From: a virus
Lineage: Duplodnaviria; Heunggongvirae; Uroviricota; Caudoviricetes
DNA length: 21,584 nucleotides
IMG/VR virus record: IMGVR_UViG_2534682080_000009
Direction: 5' to 3' (one strand)
In this document: positions 19,408 through 21,584 of the stretch, piece after piece
How the letters are laid out: the number at the start of each line of letters is the position of its first letter
Position numbering within the stretch: position 1 is the first letter of the stretch
Notes under the pieces: model-generated
Told to the model about the DNA's origin: nothing
The model's input: only the letters and a program-made list of their open reading frames with translations
Database searches by the model: none
Made by a program: the position numbers and the translations under genes

Positions 19408-19982
19408 CGCTTTATTACCATCCTCAGTTGATGCTGCAGCGCATAGCCCAGCTCTTTCGGAAGACGTTCACGCCGTATCCGCTCAATATTCTGTTTAAAC
19501 GCCGTGGTCAGCGGCACCGCCATCGGGATTTTCACCACATCAATGGGGTAACGGTTTTTCCCGGCCACACGCTGCATGACATGCCACCGGCCATTTTTCA
19601 GTTGCTGAATAAACGCGCCGGGAATACGACGGTTACCCACCACAAGCACGCTGCCGCCACCTTTCAGGGATGAACGCTGCCCCTTTTTACGACGCCTGCG
19701 GCGCGAAAGGACAACCCGCGCATTACCCAGCTTGATTACGGGCAAATCCCCCCGGTTAACTTTGATTCTGGCCTGCGGATTTTTGACCGTGGCCCTTTTC
19801 AGCCTGGCCCTTTCCTTTACCAGTTTCCGGCGTACCTTTGTCTCACGGGCAACTTGTGACGCCGACTGCGATATCGCGGATGAAGCAACGCGGTTAATGG
19901 CCATTGCGGCGGCACCAGGCACCGCCGTTTTGCTGATACGGCTGAGGTTTTCAACGGCCTGCTCAAGACCTTTTATGGCCAT
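19404..19982 (-). CDS. Z: tail completion protein Z
   Basis: 192-aa ORF MAIKGLEQAVENLSRISKTAVPGAAAMAINRVASS... recognised as lambda gpZ. Confidence 0.9.
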   Translation of the reverse strand: MAIKGLEQAVENLSRISKTAVPGAAAMAINRVASSAISQSASQVARETKVRRKLVKERARLKRATVKNPQARIKVNRGDLPVIKLGNARVVLSRRRRRKKGQRSSLKGGGSVLVVGNRRIPGAFIQQLKNGRWHVMQRVAGKNRYPIDVVKIPMAVPLTTAFKQNIERIRRERLPKELGYALQHQLRMVIKR

Positions 19983-19993
19983 ACATCCCCCTT

Positions 19994-20347
19994 TCAGCGG
20001 CGACGGTTAACGGCAGGCGGTACGCCCCGTCCAAGCCAGAGATGACAACTTCCGCCATCATCCGGCGAAACCCGATCTACCCAGAAATTTTCCTCACCGA
20101 TGGTCAGCGTGTCTCCACGCCGCAGCTGCCGCACCTCATCAGTCCGGACAAACAGGGACGGGCTGGAGCCTTCAACGCGCACGCCCTGTCCGGCATAGCT
20201 GATATTTTCAGGGTCATCAAAAACACCACGTATCACCGCACCTGACTGCTCACCGGATGTCATGGTGGCTGACGTTCCCATGTACCCGCGTATCGTTTCA
20301 TCGGCGCGGGCAATGGCAGCATCGAACAGGTTATCGAAATCAGCCAC
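19994..20347 (-). CDS. FII: head-tail joining protein FII
   Basis: 117-aa ORF MADFDNLFDAAIARADETIRGYMGTSATMTSGEQSGAVIRGVFDDPENI... recognised as lambda gpFII. Confidence 0.9.
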   Translation of the reverse strand: MADFDNLFDAAIARADETIRGYMGTSATMTSGEQSGAVIRGVFDDPENISYAGQGVRVEGSSPSLFVRTDEVRQLRRGDTLTIGEENFWVDRVSPDDGGSCHLWLGRGVPPAVNRRR

Positions 20348-20358
20348 AGCGCCTCCCG

Positions 20359-20757
20359 TTATTGCATTCTGGCCAGGCCGCGCTCTGTCATTTCGGCTGC
20401 CACACCGGCAGAGACACGAAACGCCGTTCCCGGCAGCACAAATGCCACAGGTTCATCCCGCGTGGCGTGAAGTGCATCAGTATGCAGCTTCACCAGTGCC
20501 ACGACCGTGACCAGTTCAGACGTATCCAGAATCACGGTATCCGGCTGCGCTGATCCCACCTCATTTTCATGTCCGGTCAGCACATTTTCCCGGCTGAGAG
20601 GGGTGTCCTGACCGGCAGTTTCATCCGTGTCATCAAGCTCCTCTTCCAGCTCTGCCACACGGAGCGCCAGTTCTTCTTTCGTCCCCGTCAGGCTGACATC
20701 ACGGTTCAGTTGTTCACCCAGCGAGCGGAGACGGGCAATCAGTTCATCTTTCGTCAT
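20359..20757 (-). CDS. FI: DNA packaging protein FI
   Basis: ORF 20359..20796. The likely start is the internal ATG at 20757 (MTKDELIARLRSLGEQLNRDV...), preceded by GGAGGAG, giving 132 aa as in lambda gpFI. Confidence 0.85.
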   Translation of the reverse strand: MTKDELIARLRSLGEQLNRDVSLTGTKEELALRVAELEEELDDTDETAGQDTPLSRENVLTGHENEVGSAQPDTVILDTSELVTVVALVKLHTDALHATRDEPVAFVLPGTAFRVSAGVAAEMTERGLARMQ

Positions 20758-20798
20758 GGACTCCTCCACAGAGAAACAATGGCCCCGAAGGGCCATGA

Positions 20799-21584
20799 TT
20801 ACGCCAGTTGTACGGACACGAACTCATCAGGGTCAGCCAGCAGCATCAGCGGTGCTGACTGAATCATGGTGAACTCACGCGCCGGATCGCCGGTGGTCAC
20901 CCAGTTTTTCGGGTAACGGGCAGAGGCGTTAATGCCTTCGCGCTGTGCGTCCGCATCCTGAATGCAGCCATAGGTGCGCAGACCGCGTGCCTGAGTGTTC
21001 CCCAGCACCATCGTGTTGTCCGGCAGGAAGTTCTTTTTGACGCCGTTTTCCACGTACTGTCCGGAATACACGACGATGGCCACATCGCCATACATCCCCT
21101 TATAGGACACCGCTTTGCCCAGGTCTTTCACCGCTGTCTCCAGCTCGGAATGAGAGCCACGACGGGTATCCAGCTTCTCCTTGACGGCTTTGAAGGAACG
21201 GAACAGCGCCCAGCCTTTCGGATCGAACACGATGATATTCACCACACCGCTGGCGTTCAGCGCGTAGGCTTCGATATCGTCGGTCGGGTCATACGTGGAC
21301 TTGTCACGCTTGCTCCACTCCGTGCCGCCGGACTGCGTGATGTTATTCTCCTCACTGCGGCCCATATCCACCTCAACCGGATCGAAGGCTTCACCGGTCA
21401 TGGTGTATTTGCCCTTAAGCACGGCAGAAACTGCCTGCATCTCTTCGACCTGAGCAATGGCCAGCTCTTCGTCACGCATGTTCTGCATGATGATGCGACG
21501 GCGGCGGTAAGCCGGGTCCGCCAGATTCTGCGGATCTTCATCCGGCAGGCGACGCAGGGTCATCTGCGGATTCACTTCATGCTT
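20799..21584 (-). CDS. E: major capsid protein E, C-terminal ~261 codons (5' end lies beyond the window)
   Basis: The frame is open to the window edge, translation ..KHEVNPQMTLRRLPDEDPQNLADPAYRRRRIIMQNMRDEELA... ending ..DEFVSVQLA, recognised as lambda gpE. The ORF-track start at 21575 is an internal GTG. Confidence 0.9.
   Translation of the reverse strand, partial: KHEVNPQMTLRRLPDEDPQNLADPAYRRRRIIMQNMRDEELAIAQVEEMQAVSAVLKGKYTMTGEAFDPVEVDMGRSEENNITQSGGTEWSKRDKSTYDPTDDIEAYALNASGVVNIIVFDPKGWALFRSFKAVKEKLDTRRGSHSELETAVKDLGKAVSYKGMYGDVAIVVYSGQYVENGVKKNFLPDNTMVLGNTQARGLRTYGCIQDADAQREGINASARYPKNWVTTGDPAREFTMIQSAPLMLLADPDEFVSVQLA

Noticed and set aside
1-21584. CRISPR arrays, rRNA or tRNA genes, integron or toxin-antitoxin pairs
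   Set aside because: No regularly spaced direct repeats, no rRNA-like or cloverleaf-forming segments, and no adjacent small gene pairs outside the phage structural operon were seen.

Overview
This window reads as an E. coli-type chromosomal segment containing the right arm of a lambda-like (lambdoid) prophage next to a host gene. Left to right: a host MFS transporter gene (1..1283, minus strand); an AT-rich junction island (1284..2619) carrying a ydfK-like small prophage gene; a Pin/Gin-family serine invertase (2620..3210, plus strand); then, all on the minus strand in canonical lambda order (read right to left), E (partial at the window edge)-FI-FII-Z-U-V-G/T-H-M-L-K-I-J-lom-stf-tfa. The side tail fibre gene stf is split by a complete 1258-bp IS3 with a 3-bp CTG target duplication. 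Reading frames are broken in several tail genes (V twice, H at three indels, L, K, J) and in the host transporter, whereas head genes and the small tail genes are intact. All protein identifications are from recognising the translated ORFs and gene order from memory; no database search was run. I see no rRNA, tRNA or CRISPR array and no convincing novel multi-gene system. The points most worth a second look are the indel pattern, the unfamiliar J C-terminus, the orphan invertase, and a candidate 37-codon membrane-peptide ORF upstream of ydfK.
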